Source: the human T2T-CHM13v2.0 reference genome, Homo sapiens
Direction: 5' to 3' (one strand)
Length of the DNA stretch: 64,000 nt
NCBI RefSeq assembly: GCF_009914755.1
Contig: NC_060927.1
A program made the position numbers and the translations under genes. Position 1 is the stretch's first letter. Each line of letters opens with the position of its first letter. Below are positions 15,221-30,030 of the stretch, one piece after another. Below the pieces are notes generated by a model. It saw only the letters and a list, made by a program, of their open reading frames with translations, searched no databases and had not been told where the DNA came from.

Positions 15221-16999
15221 CTCTAGCGGGACACATCACCCCTCGCTGGCAGGAGCACACGGATGGTGCCTGTTCGGGCGTTCAAAGGGACAGACACTCT
15301 ACCAAGACCACAGAGGTGTCCTAGAGCAGGGGGCATGTCGCAGAGGACCAAGACGTCCCACTTTCTCTGTGATTCGAGCATGTGGGCCAACTCCTGTAAC
15401 AGAGGGGTTCTGCATCTCTCTCATCTTTCTCTCATTCTTCTCTCTGTATTTTTTTCATGTCCTGAGCTAAAGCCCCACTTGTCCTGCCTTAGTTATTAGA
15501 ACTTGTTAGAAAGACCATTCTCCCTCCTGGAACCTCCGTCTATCCGTCTGTTAAAAAGCAGGATTGGATTAGTTGGTGTCTGAAATCTCTTCTGGCTCTA
15601 GAATTCTGTTATTATGGGGAAAATTCCATTTTGGTATTTCCTCCCCTCCCCTGACCAGGTGCCTCTTCTGGAGAGAATCCTCAGCTCAGCGGATGTTCCG
15701 AAAGAGGTGAATGCCCAGGGGAGCCTTTCCCACACTGGTTCTAAGGATTCCCTTGCAAGGATCCTCTGATTTTCTATGGGACCTTTCCTTTTGGGAAACA
15801 AGAGTCCTTGAGAGCCTGCAGCTCCAGAGAGAAGCAAGCCTGGGCTTGGCCTCTGGATGCAGAGGAGGGGCTGAAGTTGGGGGAGAGGCTGCTGCCGGTC
15901 AGGATGGAGCTAGTCCAGGCGCTTGCCTGTCCTCTTGGACGTACAGAGCTGGGGCAGTCCCAGAATAGTTCTAGAAAAAATGAGCCTGGGAGAAGTGGAA
16001 GGCAGTTGGGGCCAATCGGAGGCCCCAAAGTCAGCACCCAGGAAAGCAGGTACAGTTCAGGCTGCATGGAGGGTGGGTGGGGGGCACTCTGGGAGGATCC
16101 AGCGAAAACATCTGAGAGAGAAGGGACATGTTACCAAATGGTAACGTGCTACTCATCAAGGTGAGACGGGTCCCAGCTTTTCACCTTAACCCTGGCTCGC
16201 TTTGCATTGCCTCGTGGCCCTTCTGGCTGGTCAACCGTGCTAATGTGAGCTTTGTCAACTGGGAAGGTGACGCGGCCTCGTGTGATCCAGGCCGGCCCCG
16301 TGGCTAAATGCAGCCAGGGTCCCTGATAAGCTTAGGCAACTTATTAAGTTACACAGGAAAAGTCGAGATGGAATATTAATTCTGCACACCTCTTCTCTCT
16401 GCCCGGGGAACCTGCCTTCCTGGGTTTTGGTTTTCAAAGGCTGAAATAGATATGGAGATTTCGCACTTAATTAAAGGAGAAGTGTGCTCAATTCAAGTCT
16501 TTTCAAAACCATTTTGGTTCTGAGCTCAGTGGAGCCAGTGGAGACCCAGTCACCATCTGGCATGAAAGGTGTTAACTCGGAGTCTCCGGTCAACTCTAGA
16601 CATCAGATCCAGAAACAAAGAGAATTAATTTCGGAGGCCCCCTCAGATGCCCCTCCTCTCCAGCCTGTAAGTTGAGAGCCTCTGTATTGACTTGCTAGGT
16701 ATTAAAAAATTAGGTCTGAGAGGTCACCTGCGATGCAGAAGACCAGGTGCCAGAGCTCACCCAACAGGCCAGGATTATCTTATCAGCTAGGCTGATAAAA
16801 CTCATGAAAGTCTGGCCATAAGGAACAAATATTTATAAGCCCAGCACTTTTCGGTCCACAGCAGATTAGGCACAAAGTGTGAGCAAGAGCAGAGGGGGGC
16901 TGCTTCCTGATCTGAAACTCCCGGGGTTCGTCCTGTCTCATTAAGGAGAATGCATGTTTGAAAGCTGAACTGTTTAGGGGACACTCTCTCCTCTATCAC

Positions 17000-17160
17000 A
17001 TGACTGCATGCCAGCCTGGTGAGGAGGAAACTATCTTTACCTCCATTTTACAGTTGAGGACACTGAGGTTCAGGGAGGTCAAGTGACTTGCCCATTCGCT
17101 CAGCTAGGAAGTGGAAGTTGAACACAAGTATTCTGACTCCAGGCCTGTGTGCTTTCCACA
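17000..17160 (+). mobile_element. MIR SINE relic
   Basis: 'ccattttacagttgaggacactgaggttcagggaggtcaagtgacttgccc'. Confidence 0.85.
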
Positions 17161-17188
17161 GGCCGGTGGTGGCCTGGACTGGATCTCA

Positions 17189-17744
<556 letters not shown>

Positions 17745-18099
17745 TTATTCTCCCTGGGAGAGGAGATTAAATGCAAATGTATTTGGATGAATGGCCTGTG
17801 GTGCCTAGGAGGCCTACTGATTGGCTTCCCTCTTGTGCTAATTGTGGAGAGGGGTTGGGTGGAAGCTGGAGGAAACCCCCTCCCTCGGGGGCCTGGGTTT
17901 TCTCCTCTGCCAAAGGAGAGGTTGACCTAGATGATCTCAGGGGTCCTTCCTGCTCTGACCTCTCAGGCACAATCTCCTGGGACTGGGACCCCCGTAGGCC
18001 CTTCTCTTTGAATCCTCAGCAACGGGAACGGAAGTGTTGTGGAGGAAGCAGCTTCTACGCTAAGAGGAGAGGCAGTGAGTAGCTGGGTCAGGAAGCAGC

Positions 18100-18355
18100 C
18101 CAGGTGGGGGCCTGGAGGTGAGTGCAAACATGAATATGCCAACCTTGTTGGAAGGCTGGGCTGCAAGAAGATAAGAGATGAGGCTTGAGAGATAAGCAGA
18201 AGCCAGATCCCAAAATGCCTTCTAAGGCTGTGTCAAGGAGCTTGGGCTTTATCCTGAACACAATAGGGAGCCAGAAAGGAGTAAAGGCTAGGAAGTGGCA
18301 TGATAATGTTTGTGTTTTAGAATGTTTCCTCTGGTGCAAGTGTGGAGACTAGATG
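18100..18355 (-). mobile_element. L2 LINE relic
   Basis: 'gagatgaggc...agccagatc...aaggagcttgggctttatcctga...gggagcca...gtgttttagaatg...ctctgg'. Confidence 0.65.
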
Positions 18356-18359
18356 GGGA

Positions 18360-20780
18360 GGGGGGTGGGAGAAGGAGAAGGTGGTGAGAGAAGAAGGTGG
18401 TGGGAGAAGAAGGTGATGGGAGAAGAAGGTGTTGGGAGAAGGTGGTGGGAGAAGAAGGTGTTGGGAGAAGGTGGTAGGAGAAGAAGGTGATGGGAGAAGG
18501 TGGTGGGAGAAGAAGGTGTTGGGAGAAGGTGGTAGGAGAAGAAGGTGATGGGAGAAGGTGATGGGAGAAGAAGGTGGTGGGAGAAGAAGGTGGTGGGAGA
18601 AGAAGGTGGTGGGAGAAGAAGGTGGTGGGAGAAGGTGGTGGGAGAAGAAGGTGATGGGAGAAGGTGGTGGGAGAAGAAGGTGTTGGGAGAAGGTGGTGGG
18701 AGAAGAAGGTGTTGGGAGAAGGTGGTAGGAGAAGAAGGTGATGGGAGAAGGTGATGGGAGAAGAAGGTGGTGGGAGAAGAAGGTGTTGGGAGAAGGTGGT
18801 GGGAGAAGGTGGTGGGAGAAGGTGGTGGGAGAAGGTGGTGGGAGAAGAAAGTGATGGGAGAAGGTGGTGGGAGAAGAAGGTGATGGGAGAAGGTGGTGGG
18901 AGAAGAAGGTGTTGGGAGAAGGTGGTGGGAGAAGGTGGTGGGAGAAGGTGGTGGGAGAAGGTGGTGGGAGAAGGTGGTGGGAGAAGAAGGTGATGGGAGA
19001 AGGTGGTGGGAGAAGAAGGTGTTGGGAGAAGGTGGTGGGAGAAGGTGGTGGGAGAAGGTGGTGGGAGAAGGTGGTGGGAGAAGAAAGTGATGGGAGAAGG
19101 TGGTGGGAGAAGAAGGTGTTGGGAGAAGGTGGTGGGAGAAGGTGGTGGGAGAAGGTGGTGGGAGAAGGTGGTGGGAGAAGAAGGTGATGGGAGAAGAAGA
19201 TGGTGGGAGAAGAAGGTGGTGGGAGAAGGTGGTAGGAGAAGAAGGTGGTGGGAGAAGGTGGTGGGAGAAGAAGATGGTGGGAGAAGAAGGTGGTGGGAGA
19301 AGGTGGTAGGAGAAGAAGGTGGTGGGAGAAGGTGATGGGAGAAGAAGATGGTGGGAGAAGAAGGTGGTGGGAGAAGGTGGTAGGAGAAGAAGGTGGTGGG
19401 AGAAGGTGGTGGGAGAAGGTGATGGGAGAAGGTGGTGGAAGAAGAAGGTGGTGGGAGAAGGAGGTGGTGGGAGAAGAAGGTGTTGGGAGAAGGTGGTGGG
19501 AGAAGGTGGTGGGAGAAGGTGGTGGGAGAAGGTGGTGGGAGAAGAAGGTGATGGGAGAAGAAGATGGTGGGAGAAGAAGGTGGTGGGAGAAGGTGGTAGG
19601 AGAAGAAGGTGGTGGGAGAAGGTGGTGGGAGAAGGTGATGGGAGAAGGTGGTGGGAGAAGAAGGTGTTGGGAGAAGGTGGTGGGAGAAGGTGGTGGGAGA
19701 AGAAGGTGGTGGGAGAAGAAGATGGTGGGAGAAGAAGGTGGTGGGAGAAGGTGGTGGGAGAAGGTGATGGGAGAAGGTGGTGGAAGAAGAAGGTGGTGGG
19801 AGAAGGAGGTGGTGGGAGAAGGAGGTGGTGGGAGAAGAAGGTGTTGGGAGAAGGTGGTGGGAGAAGGTGGTGGGAGAAGGTGGTGGGAGAAGGTGGTGGG
19901 AGAAGAAGGTGGTGGGAGAAGGAGGTGGTGGGAGAAGAAGGTGTTGGGAGAAGGTGGTGGGAGAAGGTGGTGGGAGAAGGTGGTGGGAGAAGGTGGTGGG
20001 AGAAGAAGGTGATGGGAGAAGAAGATGGTGGGAGAAGAAGGTGGTGGGAGAAGGTGGTAGGAGAAGAAGGTGGTGGGAGAAGGTGGTGGGAGAAGGTGAT
20101 GGGAGAAGGTGGTGGAAGAAGAAGGTGGTGGGAGAAGGAGGTGGTGGGAGAAGAAGGTGTTGGGAGAAGGTGGTGGGAGAAGAAGGTGTTGGGAGAAGGT
20201 GGTGGGAGAAGGTGGTGGGAGAAGGTGGTGGGAGAAGGTGGTGGGAGAAGAAGGTGATGGGAGAAGAAGATGGTGGGAGAAGAAGGTGGTGGGAGAAGGT
20301 GGTAGGAGAAGAAGGTGGTGGGAGAAGGTGGTGGGAGAAGGTGATGGGAGAAGGTGGTGGGAGAAGAAGGTGTTGGGAGAAGGTGGTGGGAGAAGGTGGT
20401 GGGAGAAGAAGGTGGTGGGAGAAGAAGATGGTGGGAGAAGAAGGTGGTGGGAGAAGGTGGTAGGAGAAGAAGGTGGTGGGAGAAGAAGGTGGTGGGAGAA
20501 GGTGGTAGGAGAAGAAGGTGGTGGGAGAAGGTGGTAGGAGAAGAAGGTGGTGGGAGAAGAAGGTGGTGGGAGAAGAAGATGGTGGGAGAAGAAGGTGGTG
20601 GGAGAAGGTGGTGGGAGAAGAAGGTGGTGGGAGAAGGTGGTAGGAGAAGAAGGTGGTGGGAGAAGAAGATGGTGGGAGAAGAAGATGGTGGGAGAAGAAG
20701 GTGGTGGGAGAAAGTGGTGGTGGGAGAAGAAGGTATTGGGAGAAGAAGGTGGTGGGAGAAGGAGGTGGTGGGAGAAGAAG
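18360..20780. repeat. Minisatellite/VNTR, units GGTGGTGGGAGAA (13 bp) and GGTGGTGGGAGAAGAA (16 bp) with variants
   Basis: Directly visible ~2.4 kb tandem array; variants GGTGATGGG, GGTGTTGGG, GGTGGTAGG, GATGGTGGG. Confidence 0.98.
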
Positions 20781-20796
20781 GAGAACCCTATGAGGA

Positions 20797-21250
<454 letters not shown>

Positions 21251-23493
21251 ACCACGGGCTGCCCTGCCTCCTGAGATGGCCATCAGCACACACAGTCAGC
21301 CTACACTCTCCAGTGGCAGGAGGCGTTCTGTTGGTCAGCTTCCTGCAGCAGAGGGGCGTGACAGCAGTCACAGAACACGTGCCATGTGCTGCGGATCTCC
21401 TCAAAACAAGCTGCAGGTTGCATCTGGAGAAGCGTGAAGGCTTTGGGAGTGTTTGGGCTCCCAGGGCTGGCTCATCCTTGCCTGACATGGGAGGAATAGA
21501 GCTGGGTCTGGGGCGGGCTCTGGAGCTCATGACCTGCCCCATCCTGCTCTCATGTGGAGGAAGCCTTGGACTTTCATGAGCCATTTCCTAATCCAAGAGA
21601 AGCCCAGAAGTCACACTTTCCAGAGGCTGGAAAATCTACTAGTAGCTCCTTCACACTTCGCCTTTTCCTAAAGGGGAAGCAGGGCCCTGTGTGTGGGCCA
21701 GGAAGGGCTGGAGGGCATCCCAAAGTGGTTAGAGTCAGGGCAGTGCTCCCTGAAGGCTGGGCTGGAGGAGAAGGGAAGAGTCTCATCTCTGATCCCCCAA
21801 AGTCGCTGGAGATGCTCAAATGAAGTGGTAAAATTCACCTGCTTCTAGCCAGTAGTAAGAAGCAGGAAGGTTACTTTGCTGAGAGCCAAAGTGTACGCTT
21901 CTGATCTGGCACAGCCATAGGCAGCTGGGTAACCTTGGAAAAGTTCCTCCCCCACTTCCTGCACTTCAGTTTCCCCATGGGAAGAGGTGAGCCTTAATCC
22001 CCCCTTTCAGGCTGGCAGGCTTCATGGCCCTGGTCAGCCACCGGGGCCCATCCTCTGTCTTAGAGCCACTCTGGAGTGGGGCTGGTAGGTGGAGCAGCTC
22101 AGGGCCAGCACCCTGCCCCACCCCACCCTCCACCTCCAGCCTTATAAGAACACCAGCTCATCTGGCTTTGCTCTGTCAGTTGGAAGAAAGGGCTGGCTTA
22201 CACCTGCAGCAGGGCACACTGATTAATTTATTTTGCATCACTTTGCATTACCTGGCTCCAGGGCCTCCAGCTTGACATGCAGATTTATGTAAAAGAGACC
22301 TGACATGCAAATGAGCCAGGCCTGTGTCTTGTTTCCGTCACAGAGAGGGCTGCATCACTGGTTCCTGGCCCAGCTGCTCTTCCCCAGGCCCACGGGTTCT
22401 CACAGCTGGTGAGGTGGAACCATGGGGCCGTTCTCCCTGTGCTGCCCCTGCTCGGAGCCCAGGCCAGGACAAACGTGCACTTGACAGTGAGGCTAGAAAA
22501 AAGGAGGTTAGAAATGCACCCTCCCCAACGAAAGTGCCTGGCTGTGGTACTTGACACAGAGATGAATAGAGAGAGAGAGAGAAACACACACAAGACAGAG
22601 AGAGAGGCAGAGTGAAGGGAAGGAGAACAGGATCCAGAGGGGGCTGGGAGTTCGGTGTGTCCCTAGAATATGCACAGAGGAGCGGGTCAGGGTGATGGAC
22701 GAGCTCAGAGTCAAAGAGAATGAGAAGCCAAGGAAACAGAGGCCAGGAGGCAAGGAGATGCGGAAAGAGAGATGGGGACACGATGAGGGGGCTGCTGAGG
22801 GAGCGGGTGAGACCCAGAAAGAAACAGATTTCAGAGTTGCTGCGGAGGAATGAGTGAGGATATAGCAACAGCCTGCCTGTGGGGGGAAGTGAGGGAGGAG
22901 TTGGTGATGATGACAGCTTGACGCTTGGGAGTGGGAACCAGGAGCCACAGGCGGAAATGACGGGAGAGGAGTGCAGGGAGACACCCGAGCTGCCCTCTTG
23001 GAAGAACTAGCAGTGGCTTGGCTGCCGTCAGCGCCGCCGCCTACCTCCTAAACCCTTGATTTATATCCGTCTATCTATATTTATACACACATATCTACAG
23101 ACATACGCACATGTATATAAACTACACAGGCACGCATTGGCCAGGAGAAAACATTCTGCAGCCATCAGGCTCTAGAAAGAGAGCTTAGGGGGTTATCCAG
23201 GACTGCAGTGTGTCTGTTCTAGAACAGCAAAGACTGGACTTTGCCTCTGCAGGCCCAGAGGAGAGTGCACACCCTGCCCCCTGTCTGGCTCAGCAGCCAA
23301 TGCCCCTCGGTGCTAGGATGCTCCTTCCACACCTATCTGAGCCAGGGTCACCACTCTTCCTCTTACGAGACCGAGAGAACCAGCTAGTCCCCTGCATATG
23401 CACAATGTGAGCGGGAGAGCAAGCAAACAAGCAAACCAAAAGAGAAAGCAGAAAGCCCTTCTCGCTCCCCAGCCTCCTTTGTAGGGAAATTGA

Positions 23494-23945
<452 letters not shown>

Positions 23946-24629
23946 AGGAGGGACATTTCTTAAAACCTAGGATGGTGGCACTGAAGGGGCCCTCAGAAAC
24001 CCTGCAGGCCAGCTCCATCCTCCCCCAGGAGGGAACTGCGGCGCAGAGAGGCTAGTGTGGAGGTGGGCTGAGGGCCTTTCACTACGCAGCTCTGCTTCCT
24101 TGGCGTTAATGACCTCCCCGCCCTGTCTCTGATCCCCTGAGCTGCCCACATCAGCGCTGGGCACACTCATAGCTCCTTGGAGACTGGCCACTGTTTTCCC
24201 TCGGAGACAGATGACCTTCATACACATTGTGAAAGGTATAGGCCCAGACCCTTCTGTGCACATTTCACTGACACTGGAAGACCCGGGGCCCACCGTGGGT
24301 CACCTTTGCCGTCTCACTTGTGAATACCTGCCAGTGTCCCAGTAGATGAAGCCGACAGACAGCTCAGGCCCAGTGAAGGTGTGTCCCATGGGCCACGGGA
24401 TCTCGCCTGGCAGAGATCTGCTTTAAGATGCCATCTCCAGGAGCCAAGGTCATCTCCAGAATCTCTCCCCACATCTAGAAATGAGATGTGTCTCATGTGA
24501 CTGCCTGAGCCTGACCCGGTCTACTTGTTTCAGCCAGAAGTCATCTGGTGCCACTCTGGCCCACTTGTGGCGTGACCTTTGGGTCACTCTGGCCAGCCTC
24601 AAGGGTCACCTTTGTGTTAACCTCCAGCA

Positions 24630-24760
24630 TAGTGGTTTTTAGCTTCTTGAGGTGAGAGACCCTTTGAGAACATGAATGAAGCCCCGTAATGCTGCCCAGA
24701 TCCACAATACTTTGCACACAATGTCAGGAGATTCAGGGACTCCCAGAAGCCCTCGGTCTA
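24630..24760. mobile_element. hAT-Charlie-type MITE relic (family uncertain)
   Basis: 'agaccctttgagaac...tgaagc...tttgcacacaatgtcaggagattcagggactccc' resembles old Charlie MITEs. Confidence 0.45.
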
Positions 24761-25001
24761 GGACAGACCCAAGAGTCCATCTGGCATCTTTAGGCCTTGG
24801 GAAGCTGGTGTCCATGCGTGGAGGCCCCAGGACCCCACTCATTTCAGAGGCAAATCATAGCCCTGACAAGGTGGCATTCCAGGACACGTTCCACAGAAGG
24901 TCTTCTTTCCCCTTTTCTGCCTCAGAGATTCCTTTCTAAGCAACTGTTCCTCCCATGTTGAAGTCAGATCTCAGCTTCCTCCATCCCCTAGCTACATTTC
25001 A

Positions 25002-25334
<333 letters not shown>

Positions 25335-26712
25335 AGCCTCATTTCTAGTTTCCCTTGGACACCCTCTCTGTGCCCCTCCCCAAACTCCCTTCCCACTTAG
25401 TCCCCTGAACCTGACTCCACTTTGCTCTGTCTCCTGCCAGGCTCAGCTGAGCACCAGGTCCTGAGCTGGCACCCACAGAAGAGCAGAGCAGATGACACTG
25501 AGAGCTGGTGAGTCCTGTCCCCTCAGCAGCCAGCACAGACGGCGGATGGCCCCATGCTCAGAAAAGGACCTCGGAGGGCACGAGTGGTGGAAGGAGCAGA
25601 GAAGCCTGGAGAGGGGCTGGGGCAAGGGGACAGTAGCCAGGCAGGGGATCCTCTCTGCGGATCCCAGACCCTGTTCCCCGCCTGCCTGCTTCCCAGGAGC
25701 TGTTGATGGAGGAAGTCGTGCACTCCAGGCTCTGGGCCTGGTTCGAGATGCTGAGAGGCCTCTGTGAAAGGGAAGACATGGGAGGGCGGGAATCTCTCGG
25801 TGGGGCAGGGCAGGGAGGGGGCATGGGAAGTTCCATGTGGAAGGCCCGGGACTCAGGGTGGGCCAGGGCTCAAAAGAGCGAAAGCAGCCCCCTCGGCAGA
25901 GAGGGGTCTAGCCAGCCCAGGGGGTGGCCCGGACATCCAAACTGCCTTGGATGGAGAAAGCTGTTTAATCTCCCTATGGAAATCAGGAAGTTGGAACCCA
26001 CACAGCTGATGGCAAGGCCAGAGGAGCGATTTCAGAGGAAAGATTAAAAGAATTAAAGTCAACTCAGAAGGGAGCAGACGAGAGGGAGCTAGGGGCAGGT
26101 GGGGAGCTCAGGGGTTGTCTGCAAGGCCCCTGCACCCTGAACCCAACTGAGGGTGCTTCTAGGGGCAGGGGGTGGGGAGTCCTGCTGAGGTGCAGTCCGT
26201 GGGTAAGGGTTGACCCTGTCATCCATGGGGGATTCTGTTGGGGTGAGAGGGAATACCACAGGGGGCTGAAGATCTTGAGAGAGGTCTGAGAGGAGATAGA
26301 GAGAGGCCAGGAACACAGTCTAAGCCCAGATTTCAAGTCCAGGCAGGTCCACTCTTGGAGGCGGGGTGTGGGGAGCAGCTCTGTGCCATGGAGCCTGGTC
26401 CTCTCAACTATCCCTCTCCTCCAGGCCTGGAAACTCCAGCCCCAAACCTTCTGGCTAAGCAGGAAACGAGGGCAAGACATGCGTATGGTGGGTGGGTTTT
26501 CCTTAGCAGAATGTGTCACTGAGGCCACCTTGGGGCTGAGGGGCAGAAACAGGGGCTATTGTCCCAGAAGACCCCATGTTGAGGGACAAGGACAGCCTTC
26601 CGGGCAATGGCCTTGTATTGCTCCAGGTCCAGACCAGAGAGCCAGGGCCAGAGGGTAGCTGGGGCTCAGGCAGGGATTCTGGTGGCTCCTCTGCTCTGCT
26701 GTGTGCTCTAGC

Positions 26713-26870
26713 CACACACATGTGTGCACACACACGCACACACATGCACACACATGCATGCACACACAGGCACACACATGCACACACACAGAGGCACACA
26801 CATGCACACACACCGCTCAACCATGCTTGCCTGCTCTCATATTCTCTCTCTCGCTCTCTCACACACACAC
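26713..26870. repeat. Imperfect (CA)n/(CT)n microsatellite
   Basis: cacacacgcacacacatgcacaca...ctctctcacacacacac. Confidence 0.9.
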
Positions 26871-28019
26871 TTAAACATACATTTAAATAACTTGCAGACG
26901 TATATTAGCAAAAACATTCCATCTGGGCTGGGATTTGTCTCATTGCTTTGAATTCCTCTGGGTCTTAACTTGAAAAAAAATAGGAAGAGGCAAAGATTTG
27001 ACTAATGTTGGGTTAAGTTTTTTTTCTTTCTCCTTTCTTTCTTGGTTACTGACTGCCAAGAATTTATATTTGTAAAAGGAAAAGAATTAACTGTGTTGAT
27101 TAAGAGGCAAACTCCCTGGAAATGTTCTCTCTTAACCCTTTGGTAACCTCTCAGCAAGAGATAGGAGGGTTCTCTGGCATGGGGCTTGACATCCCTGGGC
27201 TGGAGGCCCAGAACCTTCTGGAGGTCTGCTTCTCTCCCAAGGGAGCTTATAGAGCAGAGGCAAGCTGGGCCCTCTGGCGTGCGTGCAAGTGTGTCTCTAA
27301 GCAGATGCGTGGGTAAGTGGTGTGAGTGTCTGTGTGTGAGCGTGGGTACTGTGAGCTGGCGTGTGGGAGGGGGTGTGCGCATGTGTGCACGTGAGTGTGG
27401 TAACTGCCCACATGTCCCCTGGCAAATATGGGGTGTGCCAGAACTCTCCTGGGCTGCTGGCTGCAAGGTCAAACTCCAGGGAGGGGAGATAACCTTCACC
27501 TTGACCTAATTAGCGGAAACTGATTTGGCAGGAGGAGGGGACGTGTGGAGGCTTAGCACAGAACAGGTGAGCAGGCGCTGGGGTGGGGAGGCCTCAGCCA
27601 AGGAAGCAGGATCTCTCCTGACACCCAGCAGCTGTCGCCACGAGTATGCAGTGACCCAATACAGGGATCACCCTGGACGCTGGTCAGTGTCCCTGCATGG
27701 AGGGGTGGGGACTTCTCCTCTTTCTTGCCCACTCTCAGCTCCCCATCCCGTTTTCCTTCCACAGCTTCTCTGTCCCTCCGGAAGAGCCTGGGCTGCATAG
27801 CCCCCAAGGTAGGATAGGTTTTAGCATCAGAGAGGCTGAAGCCTCTAGAAAAGGGGTCTTCTGGAGCTGGGGCTGAGGGATGTGAGCAGGGAAAGGGTGT
27901 TGGGGACAGAAACAGAAGAAAAGAGGATCTTGCTGGAGGCTCCAAGCTCCCTGTGCATGCGTCCAACCTTACGGAACTACCTTTAATCCCCTGAGCCCCA
28001 GGCCCGGCCTGACTCCTCC

Positions 28020-28345
28020 CAGACTATTTCCCTCCACCTGGAAGGACTTTCTGTCCCTCCTTTGTTAGCCAATTCCTACTTGTCCTCCAAGTCTTAGATG
28101 CCACCTTGTCCAGGAAGTCATCCTTACCCCTCACACTTAGCTGTCTCCCTCTTGCATGACCACACCTGGGCATAGAGGCACTGTCCACACGGTGTGACCC
28201 TTATATCCTCTGTCTGTCTTTCCTACCGGATCCTGCACTCCTTGAGGGTGGAAGCACTGTCTTCTTCATCCTGAACTCCTGGTACCTAGTAGAGTGCCTG
28301 GCACACAGCAGGGGCCCAGTCAACACTGGCTGAGTTGAACTGAAG
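28020..28345 (+). mobile_element. L2 LINE 3' relic
   Basis: 'aattcctacttgtcctccaagtcttagatgccacc...aggaagtc', 'agagtgcctggcacacagcaggg'. Confidence 0.75.
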
Positions 28346-28483
28346 GCCTTTGACTGCTGAAAGGAGCCTTGTTAGTTGCACCATATGCTGTCATCGAAAG
28401 TGCCGTGCAGACACGCCCCCCACTAGAACACTGACCGTAGACTCTGAGATTATCTAAACATACATATATTTGATCCTCTCAAA

Positions 28484-28721
28484 TTTTTTTTTTTTTTTGA
28501 GACGGAGTCTCTCTCTGTCACCCAGGCTGAAGTGCAGTGGTATGATCTTGGCTCACAGCAACCTCCACCTCCCGGGTTCAAGTAATTCTCCCTGCCTCAA
28601 CCTTCCAAGTAGCTGGGACTATAGGCGCCTGCCATTACACCCGGGTAATTTTCATATTTTTTTGGTAGAGACAGGATTTCGCCACGTTGGCCAGGCTGGT
28701 CTCGAACTCCTGACCTTAGGA
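28484..28721 (-). mobile_element. Alu, 5'-truncated (AluS)
   Basis: Antisense Alu stops after 'ctgaccttagg'; TSD tgatcctctcaa. Confidence 0.95.
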
Positions 28722-28984
28722 TGATCCTCTCAATTTTCTGTGAGCTCCTCAGGGAAAAGATTCAGTCTTAGTCTTCCCCAGGGCCTAGCAGAGCATCAGA
28801 CAAATAGCAAATGCCTAATAAATGTTGAATGAATGAAAGAAGAGCCAACACATGATAAATATCTAAGAACATACACACAGTGTGTATGTATGTTTCCACC
28901 TCTTACTGAGGCTGTAAGATGCTGTTAAGGGCTGGAGGAGAGAGAAGAAACTGCTATCAGAGCAAGGTTGAGAGGAGGGAAGAG

Positions 28985-29205
28985 TAACATTTGTTGAGCA
29001 CCTATTATGTGCCATCACTGCCTCAGGCGTCATCCTCATCTTCATCCATGAGGAAGAGATACTTACCTCATGTTACAAGTAAGGAAATTGAGACTAAGAG
29101 AGGTAAAGTAATTGCCCAAGGTCACCCAGCTGGTGGGACAAGTTAGGCTTGGATTCAAACCCAGGTCTGTCTGATCCCAGAGTTTATGCTTCTCCCACTA
29201 TGGCC
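28985..29205 (+). mobile_element. MIR SINE
   Basis: 'taacatttgttgagcacctattatgtgcca...gagaggtaaagtaattgcccaaggtcacccagct...ggattcaaacccaggtctgtctga'. Confidence 0.9.
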
Positions 29206-29456
29206 ACCACTACCATGTTTCATGAAGGACATAGGTACTGAGCAGAGTTTTGAATGATGAGAGGGACATGACTTTGTAAAGGAGGATCTCAAACCCAGGC
29301 AAGAGGAGAGGACCGAGAGTTCCCAAGAAGGATGAATGCTGGCTCTCTGCTTCTGTGTGACCAGGAAGCACCAACATGACAAGGAAAAAAGGCAACTGTG
29401 GAGGAAGGCAATACAGCAGAAAGCAGTCACAGAGGCCTCTCAAAAACAGACCTTAA

Positions 29457-30030
<574 letters not shown>

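Noticed and set aside
18360-20780. CRISPR-like or telomeric array
   Set aside because: No unique spacers, no TTAGGG units; eukaryotic minisatellite.
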